From Eledone cirrhosa (taxonomy: Eukaryota), in the NCBI GenBank assembly GCA_964016885.1, contig OZ024755.1, positions 21,080,001-21,144,000 of the forward strand: 64,000 nucleotides of DNA. Reading direction: 5' to 3'. Below the pieces are notes generated by a model. It made no database searches and was not told where the DNA came from. It saw only the letters and a program-made list of their open reading frames with translations. A program made the position numbers and the translations under genes. Positions 53,794 through 64,000 of the stretch are shown here, piece by piece (within the stretch, counting starts at the first letter, position 1; each line of letters starts with the position of its first letter).

Positions 53794-54278
53794 TTATGTT
53801 TATATAGCTGTCTGTCTATTTAATTTCAACAGTTAATTCAGAATTATATAATTTGTAAAGAAATAGTTTTACATAAGTTGCTGCTCTTGATTATACATCA
53901 ACCAAATCATCTTTAACTCTTGTGCTACTAACCTGCCTGAAATCAACCTTGGTTGTAAAATATAAAATTCCCTGTTTTATATTAAAACCTTCTTGACATA
54001 AATTTACGTAAACGCTTTGTGACCTTGGTGGGCATAAGTGTATTGCTCTTATCAGTTTTGGTGGTGCAGACATTTGTAATTTTCCAACAAAAATGACTGA
54101 TGTTTCAAACATCAGCTTAATTGTTTCAAATTTAAACACAAGGCCTGTAATTTTTTTTTTTTTTGTGGGGGAGTTGATTCTATTGACCCCTTAACTGATA
54201 TGTTATTTTATTGACCTTAAAACGATGAAAGGCAAAGTTGACCATGATGGGCAGAAGCATTTTGCTCCTATTATTTTA

Positions 54279-54461
54279 TGGATTGGTAGTATCGGTAGAG
54301 GGCTGATACCATGCTTTGCAGCAAAGAGTTACAGCCCTTGCCATTCTGAGTTCAAATCCCGCCATGGTCAACTTTGCCTTTCATCCTTACGGGGTCGATA
54401 AAATAAAGTACCAGTAATGCACTGGATAATTGTTGGCCTTGTGCCTAAAGTAGAAACAATT
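54279..54461 (+). mobile_element. SINE family A (preceded by a decayed inverted copy at 54136-54250)
   Basis: Family A sequence. attatttt on both sides. Confidence 0.88.
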
Positions 54462-55131
54462 ATTTTGGGGGTGCAGACATTCATAATTTTCCGATAGAAA
54501 TGACTAATTCCCTGACAAAAATGACTAAATTTTCCGACAACAATTTTTGGGGAGTGCAGCTGCACCCATGCAACCCCAGCAATATGTCACTGATGGTGGG
54601 AGTTAAATCCAGAAAGTAAACAGCAGGAATAAACACCAGTTTAATAATGAAGTGAGGCACTTCAATAAATTCCTCTGTTTTTGATTACTTTCTAAATTAT
54701 TTTAAACACATTGGCAGTGTATTTCATTAGAAATATGGTAATGGGAGGAAAATCTTGAAGATATGTAGTTTTTGCTTTAGCACCTCATCTACAATTATCC
54801 CTATTTCTATACTATAGAACTAGCCTGAGACTGAACCTACTAATTTTAACTATCAGTTGTAAGATTGGAATCTACTTTCAATTGATTACAACCATAAATA
54901 GCAATCACAACTGTTCTCTTTGACAAAAGCCCTCTAAATCTTACTGTGATTTAATGTACTTGGTATCACAGCACAGGAACTTGTATGTCTTCAACTAAGT
55001 AGAATTAATACAAGTAGGCTGAAATTCTAATATATTTGGTTAATATATCTCTGAACTTTACAATTCCCATTAAATGTCTTATTAAAAGTCTAACTCGTAA
55101 CTCAAGTTCAACAGTTTTCACATGTCCATTC

Positions 55132-55186
<55 letters not shown>

Positions 55187-55189
<3 letters not shown>

Positions 55190-55570
55190 GGCAATCCCAA
55201 AAGTAAGGTCTCCTTCCGATATTGCAACTTTTCCGTTAAAATCCTGTGAATGGTGCTTCGGGAAACCTCAGGAACCAAAATGCAGAGAGCATCAAGAGTG
55301 ATATGCCGATCTTTACGCATGTTTTCCTCGGAAGGAGACCTTACTTTTGGGATTGCCCTCTATGTAATAACTGCGCGAAATTTGCACTTGGTGGTAGCGT
55401 TCAACGGGAGCTCCATTCTCAATGGCTGCCAAGCGAAGATTGAGCATCCCAGCGAAGCGCACGCATGCTTGTTTGGGAGTGAAGGAAGCACCAATCACAA
55501 CAGTGTTGCCAACAGCCATACGGACAGTTTCTCTGCGTCCCCATCGCTTTGGAGACCTTACTTTTGGGAT
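55187..55570 (-). mobile_element. Rearranged mariner remnant with three TIR copies
   Basis: TIR atcccaaaagtaaggtctcc at 55187-55219, 55328-55360 and 55551-55570. Minus strand encodes MELPLNATTKCKFRAVI (transposase start, ATG at 55416) and RKDRHITLDALC..EVSRSTIHRILTEKLQYRK (HTH preceding the WVP motif). Confidence 0.85.
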
Positions 55571-55574
55571 ATGT

Positions 55575-55700
55575 GTGTGTATCCATATATAAATACACAT
55601 ATATGTCTATATATATATATGTGTGTGTGTGTGTATACATATACAAATGCACATACATGTTTTTATACATATATATATATATAATGTGCGTGTGTATATA

Positions 55701-55754
<54 letters not shown>

Positions 55755-55957
55755 GTATGTATATATATGTATATATATATATATGTGTGTGTGTGTATAT
55801 ATATATATAATGTGTGTATATTTTTATATATATAATGTATGTATATATATGTGTGTATGTATATATATATATATATGTGTATGTATATATATATGTGTAT
55901 ATATGTATATATATATATGTGTATATATGTATATATATATATATATGTGTATACATG

Positions 55958-55993
<36 letters not shown>

Positions 55994-56252
55994 CATACAG
56001 AATATATATATATATATATATATACATACATAATATATATATATATATATACATAATATATATATATATATACATACATAATATATATATATATATATAT
56101 ACATACATAATATATATATATATATATATACATACATAATATATATATATATATACATACATAATATATATATATATATACATACATAATATATATATAT
56201 ATATATATACATACATAATATATATATATATATATACATACATACATATATA

Positions 56253-56292
<40 letters not shown>

Positions 56293-56293
56293 G

Positions 56294-56331
<38 letters not shown>

Positions 56332-56335
56332 ATAA
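55575..56335. repeat. (TA)/(TG) microsatellite
   Basis: Seen directly. Confidence 0.95.
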
Positions 56336-56339
56336 TACA

Positions 56340-56465
56340 TGTTGGTTCCGAGGAGAAATTTATTAATTATTCTATCATCGACTGCCGACTACTTCCTAAC
56401 AGCCTTCGAAAATCAGATGTGAATCTGCTACTTGCAGCTGCAACTTCAATTATACTCAGTACTAT

Positions 56466-56527
<62 letters not shown>

Positions 56528-56647
56528 ATAGTACTGAGTATAATTGAAGCTGCAAGTAGCAGATTCACATCTGATTTTCGAAGGCTGTTAGGAAGTAGTC
56601 GGCAGTCGATGATAGAATAATTAATAAATTTCTCCTCGGAACCAACA
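56340..56647. repeat. ~308-bp near-perfect palindrome centred on (TA)n
   Basis: ~125-130-bp arms are reverse complements except for a 6-nt indel near gctgca. Confidence 0.95.
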
Positions 56648-56789
56648 CAAGAAGTTAGGTGATAGTGACATAATGAATAATGTGACCAGAGGCATGTTAC
56701 CACATTGCTACTACAACAACGAAAAATACAGAATGGTTAATGAGACCATGAATAAAGCAAAGAAAGGTTGTGATATTCTTTCATTTGCC

Positions 56790-56915
56790 TGTTATTGTAA
56801 AAGTATAACTTGAGGCTATAGTAGAAGAGGATTGCCTAAGGTTCCACACAGTGAGACTGGATTTGAAACCATACAGTTGTGAATCAAAGCTTTTGATTAT
56901 ATAGCTATGCACCTG
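56790..56915 (-). mobile_element. Decayed tRNA-derived SINE head
   Basis: Minus strand caggtgcatagctatat..agctttgattcacaactgtatggtttcaaatccagtctcactgtgtggaaccttaggcaa. Confidence 0.5.
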
Positions 56916-57789
56916 TGTGTGTGTTTATATGTGTCATTTGTGGGTATGTGTGTGTTGTGTGTGTATGTGTGTGTTGTTTGTGTCTGTGTGTTGAGTATGT
57001 GTGTGTCGTGTGTGTCTATGTGTCTCTGTCTGTTTGTGTGTGCAGGTATGGGTATGTGCGTGTCAAGTGTGTGTTATGTGTATGTCAGATGTGTGTGCAT
57101 GTGTAGATATGTGTGTGTGTGTGTGTGTGTGTGTGTCTCTGTGTGTGTCTCTGTGTCTCTGTGTCTCTGTCTGTTTGTGTGTGCAGGTATGGGTATGTGC
57201 GTGTCAAGTGTGTGTATCATGTGTGTGCTATGTGTATGTCGTGTGTGCATGTGTAGATATGTGTGTATGTATGTGTGTGTGTGTGTGTGTGTCTCTGTGA
57301 TCCCATTGTACCTAAGAAACCACTTTAGCTCATGAACAAATGAAGTCAACAATAAATTCCTTATTTTTTCTTAATATGTCAGCCTCCTCTTAACTAATGA
57401 GTCTAACATTCAATATGTAAATGTAACGAGTTGCTCCATTTGTATTATGGCTGTTGCTATAAGTAAATACTGATCCTTTGAAGGAAATATTGCCTTTCTA
57501 TATATATATATCTTTTCAACTCTCCTGATCTTTATTTGGTATGTTTGTCAACCATATACCATATACACATATACAACTGTTGTAACCACATACATACGTA
57601 TACACGTCTGCTTCGTTTGTAACCACATACTCATATACACATACACATATACAGTTATGCTTCTCTTGTAACCACATACACATGTACACCTGTTGTAAAC
57701 ACATACACACACATACACCTGTTATAACCGTTGTGATTGTTGAATGAGTTTGTTTTATATCTTAAGGAAATTTTCAGTTCATTATCAAA

Positions 57790-58047
57790 TGCAGAAGACA
57801 GGAAGAAAAGCAAATACCGGAGCTTGTCTGACCACTTCCTCTTTGCACCAGTTGCTGTCGAGACCTCAGCTGTCCTTGTGCCCCGTACAGCTGACCTCAT
57901 CTGTAAGATCAAAACGACTGCAGCCCATCTGAGAAAGGGGCCCCACGAGGTGGGGTGGCTGTAGCAGCGGGTGTCGCTGGTCATTGTCTGCAGCAATGCC
58001 TTTGCCATTTTGTCCGCAGGGGGCAGCCGAAACACCACTCTGACATA
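57790..58047 (+). pseudogene. Restriction-like-endonuclease (CRE-type) non-LTR retrotransposon C-terminal fragment
   Basis: AEDRKKSKYRSLSDHFLFAPVAVETSAVL...PHEVGWL*QRVSLVIVCSNAFAILSA matches the AE.RK..KY..L...F.P.AVET.G ... QRISLAIQRGNA pattern. One in-frame stop. Confidence 0.8.
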
Positions 58048-58155
58048 GATGTAGAGTCTGTCACCCTCTCCCCTTCTGCCCCTCCCCATTTTTTTTCTTA
58101 CCTAATAAACCTTGTTCTTTCTCTCCTTTTCTTCTTCGTTGTTTTGGTTTTGTAA

Positions 58156-58442
58156 TTAACCCTTTGGCCTTTACATTACTCTATATTTACTATTGTATTT
58201 TCACGGTCAAGGCTTTATCTCACATAACATTTACATTACTCTATATTTACTATTGTATTTTCATGGTCAAGGCTTTATCTCAAATAATATTTCACATAAT
58301 ATCGAATCTATGAGATTTTGATTTTATTTGTTTTGAGAACAATACCTTAACATCAGTATGAGAGGCCAGTTACGACTGGTTTGGACAGAAAGAGTGAGAG
58401 AATTCTGGCCAGATACAGCTGGTTTAAATGCTAAAGGGATAA
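58156..58442. mobile_element. TTAA (piggyBac-like) MITE with internal 60-bp duplication
   Basis: ttaaccctttggccttta ... taaatgctaaagggataa imperfect TIRs. Confidence 0.6.
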
Positions 58443-59235
58443 ACATTGAAGAATTTCTGCTTTCACCCAAAGGTTTCTAGTTTGTGGATAACTATCTTCT
58501 TTCCTTTGCAGCCATAACAGCCTTCAAAAGGGTCATGATGCTGCCCTCCCATCTTTAAGCCATTTACAAATATCTTTAACTTTGAATGGTTAACCTAACT
58601 CTTAACATCTTGTAATGATTTGAGCAGAAAATATCTAAAAATGGGTTTGTAAATCCAGATATTTATAATCACTTTACTTGTGAACGGATCATTGTGGAAA
58701 TTTGTGATATTAGCATAAAGACATCAGTTTTTAATGTGAGTCAGACAGAGTGCTATTTTTATACTTTGCAAGAATGTCTTGCTCCTGTAATTTCATGTGG
58801 TACAACACATTAAGAGTTAATAAACAAATTGAGTGGCAACAGCAAATGGACATTTTTACTTCATCTTATTTTGGGGGCTGTTGTGGTAGTGGTGAGTCTA
58901 ATTAAAATAGACTTTGCTATTCAATTTCTCTATTTTGATACATTAAACTCATTATACATTAATTGAGTTTAATTCTTCTTCTCATTAATAAGATTAATTA
59001 AATGAATTGGATGATTACTATTATTAACACTAATACAAATTATTGTTATTACTAATATTAACAGTAATACTAGTATATTACAGCTACAGTAATTCTGACA
59101 ATTATTATTACTAACATATTCCAACTACATTAACACTAACTATTATTAATATTAATATGTTATATTAACAGTAACACTAACAATTATTATTGCTAATATA
59201 TTACAGCTACAGTAATACTAACAATTATTATTACT

Positions 59236-59811
59236 GATTGGCAGTATCGGTAGAGGGTCGGACGCCATGCTTTCCAGCATAGTTACGTCCCTTTTCGATC
59301 TGAGTTCAAATCCCGCTGAGGTTGACTTTGCCTTTCATCCTTGCGGGGTCGATAAAATAAAGTACCAGTAATGTACTGGATAATTGCTGGCCTTGTGCCA
59401 AAGGTAGAAACAATTATTACTAATTGGCAGTATCGGTAGAGGGTCGGACGCCATGCTTTCCAGCATAGTTACGTCCCTTTACGATCTGAGTTCAAATCCC
59501 GCCGAGGTTGACTTTGCCTTTCATCCTTACGGGGGTCGATAAAATAAAGTACCAGTAATGCACTGGGTAATTGCTGGCCTTGTGCCTAAAGTAGAAACAA
59601 TTATTACTAATATATTACAGCTACAGTAATAGTTTCTACTTTTGGCACAAGGCCAGCAATTATCCCAGTGTATTACTGGTACTTTATTTTATAGACCTCG
59701 TAAGGATGAAAGGCAAAGTTAACTTCAGCGGGATTTGAACTCAGACCATAAAGGGCCGTAACTCTTTGCTGCAAAGCATGGCATCCAACCCTCAACCAAT
59801 ACTGCCAATCC
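59236..59811. mobile_element. Cluster of three SINE family A copies (59236-59415 +, 59422-59603 +, 59631-59811 -) in an AT-rich aacaattattattact repeat
   Basis: Family A sequence. The + copies are flanked by attattact duplications. Confidence 0.92.
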
Positions 59812-59819
59812 AACAGTTA

Positions 59820-60697
59820 TCTATATATCTAAAACAGAGAATGTCTGTCTGTCTGTTTCCCTAAAACTCGAGAACCACCCAACCGATTTTTTTCAAACTT
59901 TGCACATGTAATACTTATGGTCCTGTGAGTGTTTTGAACCAAAAATATTTCCAATTTTCAATGCGCTAGGCGCCAGTTAGCGATCTCTCTCTTTCTTTTT
60001 AGATAGATACATAGCTATAACATCGCGCCCTTATAATATCTGTCTGTATGTCTGCATTACAACATTATGAAAACGTCTTCACGAACCAAAGTATTGTCTT
60101 CCTATTTTCCTTCGGTTGCAACGTTTTTCGAAATATTTACTTCTGCGTTCACAGATTGATTTTTTAGTTTCAGAAGATCCGTTAAGAGTGAAAGCAGCGA
60201 TTCTTTGCTTAAACTTTAATCTGTTATTTTAATATATAATTATATATTCGTGTACAGATATTTTTGCATACACAAAAACAAAATATAAACAAACGTATGT
60301 ATTTCACGAAAGCACAGACAGCTTATTGTCATTGTTACTGCCGATATGCTACCCAAAAAGTCCCACAACTTTTAGCACAAGGCCAGCAATTACATAGTCA
60401 ATGGTTCGGAAATCACATGCATCACTGACGAGTTTACTCCTTACTCTACCAGTTAGTCTTAGTGTACTTTGTCCTGCTTTTAGGTCATGCCTCGAAAGAA
60501 GAGATACTCCATTGGCCGGAATACTGCGAAAGTGGCAAGAAAAAGAACAAGGCGGGCAAACGAATCGTCAGTGGAATCTGCTATTCGACGGTCGCAAGGC
60601 CGAGGTATTCCATACTTCTCTGTACTGTTTCGGAAAGGAGGGATAGACATGCCAATCTATGTTTAGAATCCTGAGCAACGCCGGCCCATTCTGCTAG
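59820..60697 (+). mobile_element. Non-autonomous Helitron (copy 3)
   Basis: A|TC start, 3' cctgagcaacgccggc hairpin + CTAG|T, no TSD. Removing it restores cagttatactaacaattatt, identical to the adjacent repeat unit at ~60719. Confidence 0.92.
60487..60666 (+). pseudogene. 59-codon ORF; N-terminus resembles Helitron RepHel start
   Basis: MPRKKRYSIGRNTAKVARKRTRRANESSVESAIRRSQ..., preceded by an acceptor-like ctgcttttag. Family assignment is from memory. Confidence 0.55.
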
Positions 60698-61036
60698 TAC
60701 TAACAATTATTATTACTACAGTTATACTAACAATTATTCCTATTAAATTAAACTAGAATTTGTAAACAATTCAAAAACATTTTGTTATTGTAGTTAAGCA
60801 AAACTATAACACAATTAACTAATTTAAATGAATATAGTCACATTTCCTGTGTTAGACCACAAAAACAAATTTACACTATATTAGGAAAGAATAACCCACC
60901 ACCACAAAAAAAAAAGATTTTTCGTAGGATGTTCATGGCAAGGACACCTTTGTGACCCTAGGTTTAGTCAATCAGGAATGACCTAGGGTTAAACAACAAC
61001 TGACAATCTTTTTTTTTTACCATCTAATTAATTTCA

Positions 61037-61521
61037 GTTTAATGGTTAGAGCATTGGCCTTGCAATCAAAAGGTTGTGAGTTCAATTCTCAGACCGGGTG
61101 ATGTGTTGTTTCCTTGAGCAAGACACTTTATTTCACATTGCTCCAGTTTACTCAGCTGTAAAAAAGAGATGATAGGGACTGGGGTCCATATCATTCCACT
61201 GCAGGAAGAGTGTCTTAACATTTCAGACGCTAGTCCCTCATCAGAAGAAAGAACAAGAAATTAGAAAGATAGAGGGGATGGATATATATATATATATACA
61301 GTTTAGTCAGCTGTAGAAATGAGATGATAGGGACTGGGGTCTATATCATCCCACTGCAAAGTGGTCGTGGAGGTGCCACGGCAAAAAAGCACCCAGCACT
61401 CACTGTAAATGAGGTTGGTGTTAGGAAGGGCATCCAGCTGTAGAAATCAAGCCAGAATCAGTTCCTGTCCCACCCTTGCAAGCATGGAAAAAGCGGACGT
61501 AAAATGAAATGATGATGATGA
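61037..61521 (+). mobile_element. SINE family B interrupted by a 95-bp insert between 60-bp direct duplications
   Basis: 61144-61203 is duplicated at 61299-61358. Confidence 0.88.
61213..61248 (-). ncRNA. Decayed minimal hammerhead motif
   Basis: Minus strand tctt-CTGATGA-gggactagcgtct-GAAA-tg-TT-aaga. Two C>T changes would restore gtccGAAAcgtt. Confidence 0.55.
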
Positions 61522-61529
61522 TATGTATA

Positions 61530-61579
<50 letters not shown>

Positions 61580-61691
61580 GCACAGATTAAAGTTTAAGCA
61601 AAGAATGGCTGCTTTCACTCTTTTACGGGATCTTCTGAAACTCCTTATTGAGCCCTATTCGGATTTTAGTCTTCACATTTATTATTACAAT

Positions 61692-61740
61692 AGTAATACA
61701 CTGGGTAATTGCTGGCCTTGTGCCTAAAGTAGAAACAATT
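61692..61740 (+). mobile_element. Severely 5'-truncated SINE A with TSD
   Basis: Tail only. ttattacaata on both sides. Confidence 0.8.
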
Positions 61741-62134
61741 ATTACAATATATAAATGGACAAAAAAAAAGTGTTTAACTTAATTTCCTCTAATCCATAAT
61801 TTACAATAAAATAAATGAAATGTTAATGAGAAAAAATCTTGCCAGAAAGTGTCACAGGTCTGGACAAAGATGATTCTCAGACAAAATAGTATTAATGGTA
61901 TTCTTATAACTAAAATCTTCCCATGTTCTTTATTCATTTTTTGTTGTTTCTTTTAAGATTATTATTATTATTATTTAAGAAGAAAAAACTATTTATATTA
62001 ATTACTGCTAAAAATAAAGTTATCAGCCAAGATATAATTTTAATTTGATTCAGACCAGTTGTTCCACATGCAGCAAAGATGTCACAAAATATTTAGTACA
62101 ACAGATGATATCATGAAACAACCTTTGTCCAATC

Positions 62135-62604
62135 ATCATCATCATCTTCGTTCAACGTCCATTTTCCCACACTAGCATGAGTTAGACGAGTTGTGAGACA
62201 AGCCAGGTCAGATGATCATGTCTTAATCATACAAAACTGATTTTGGCTTGGGTTCTATGGCTGGATACCCTTCCTAACACCAGCTACATTTACAGTGTGT
62301 ACTGGGTCTTTTTGTTGTGACACCTACATGACCACTTTACAGTGTGGACTGGCTGCTTTTTGTTGTGACACCTACATGACCACTTTACAGTGTGTACTGG
62401 GTCTTTTTGGTGTGACACCTACATGACCACTTTACAGTGTGTACTGGGTCTTTTTGTTGTGACACCTACATGACCACTTTACAGTGTGTACTGGGTCTTT
62501 TTGTTGTGACACCTACATGACCACTTTACGGTGTGGACTGGCTGCTTTTTGTTGTGACACCTACATGACCACTTTACAGTGTGGACTGGCTGCTTTTTGT
62601 TGTG
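62135..62604 (-). mobile_element. SINE B-like 3' part whose internal 47-bp segment is tandemly amplified (~6.5 units, 62289-62604)
   Basis: Unit tttacagtgtgtactgggtctttttgttgtgacacctacatgaccac is similar to the reverse complement of 10985-11041. Confidence 0.8.
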
Positions 62605-64000
62605 TCGAAATCCTCCATCAAAAACTTATGGAAGGTTGTTTTTATTGGAGTTTAGCCCCAAGCTTACATTGGTGGGGCAGAACTATAAACAAAAGTATTC
62701 CAGCCATAGCTATCTCATATTTTAAGTGGTATGTCTAGAACAACATTGAATTGACAAACCCATCTTTAGATATTTTCTGCTGCATCATTGGAAGATGTTA
62801 AGAGTTAAGATGGTAGTCTGTTATTTCTAGCAGATTATAAACTGTTCCGAGTCCTCATCATCCTCTTTCTCCTCCTCCTACTCCTCATTATCCTCTTTCT
62901 CCTCCTCCTATTCCTAATCATCCTCTTTCTCCTCCTCATACTCCTAATCATCATCATCATCAGTTAACATCTATTTTTCCATGCTTATCATAATGTTTTT
63001 ATACTTAGGCACAAATAATGTTTTTTGTACTCTGGCACAAGGCTAAAGATTATGTGACTGCCACCAATGCATTACTGGTACATATTTTCTTTACTGTAAA
63101 GGATGAAAGCAAAAGTAATAAATAACTTCTGGTGGGAGTTTGAATTCGGAATGTAGATGGTCGAACTAAACATTGTAACTCACTTGAACCGAGTACTCTC
63201 TGCCATTTATGTCAGCTTAATGAAACACCATCTCAATGTTACATTGATGTAAGGAGTTGTATTTATGAGAAAAAAATTTATTCCCCCAACATAAGTCAGA
63301 TCAAAAGAATCTACAACAATTTGTACAAAATAGAAATAACTGTTAAAGAAACCAGCTAATTATGTGCAGGATTTTTGGTGCTTCTTTCTGAATGTCTAAA
63401 CATTTAAATTTCAGATTACTGAAGATTGTATATATTTGGTATTTATTGATGAATGTTGGGACATATTTTTTTTTTTTTTTTTTTTTTTACAGATCTTTCA
63501 GATCAAATAAACAAAACGAAAACAGATGCATACATATACATACGAACATACACATATATATGGACACACACATATATATATATGAATATCATGCTAGCAT
63601 GGAAAATGGATGTTAAATGGTGGTGATGATGATGACACACATGCTCTTCTACACACACACACACACACATATACACATGCTCTTCCTCTCACAAAAACCA
63701 TATCTTTTGATTAGCAACAGAGTTGTTGATTTTTATGAGGGAGTCATACAGTAAATTTGATTTGGCACTTATTTTATTCCTTGTGGAGAGATGAAAGAGA
63801 AAAACTGACCCATGGTGGGATATAAACAGTGAGGTAAGGTAAAGAAATTAATACCAAAAAGTAATGAAAGAACCAGTTAAAATACTAACTACACACACAC
63901 ATACACATACACATCTACACACACATACACATATAAACATACACACACACACCATGAACTCGGCTGGTCTCGCTTGGGGATCCAGCTGGATCAGTTGGAA

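Overview
This is a repeat-saturated, AT-rich eukaryotic (animal) non-coding window with no intact host gene that I can support. All long ORFs in the track are translations of microsatellites or minisatellites. The SINE families and microsatellite make-up look like an octopus/coleoid cephalopod genome (inference from recalled sequence, not checked). The window contains: more than 20 tRNA-derived SINE copies from at least 3 families, several with target-site duplications; three non-autonomous Helitrons with shared cores and shuffled ends; decayed RTE, CR1 and CRE-type LINE 3' fragments; mariner- and piggyBac-type MITEs; seven large minisatellite arrays; and many (TA)n, (ACC)n and (GAT)n tracts. 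Two themes stand out. (1) Short inserts lodged in (TA)n tracts are fold-back or convergent structures carrying type-I hammerhead ribozyme motifs: two intact (4515-4581 +, 39965-40055 -), one decayed and two halves, all different in sequence. This is a Penelope-like/retrozyme-like RNA system. (2) Several large minisatellites are amplified pieces of transposon ends: SINE Pol III heads with an A box but no B box, and a TTAA-MITE terminus.
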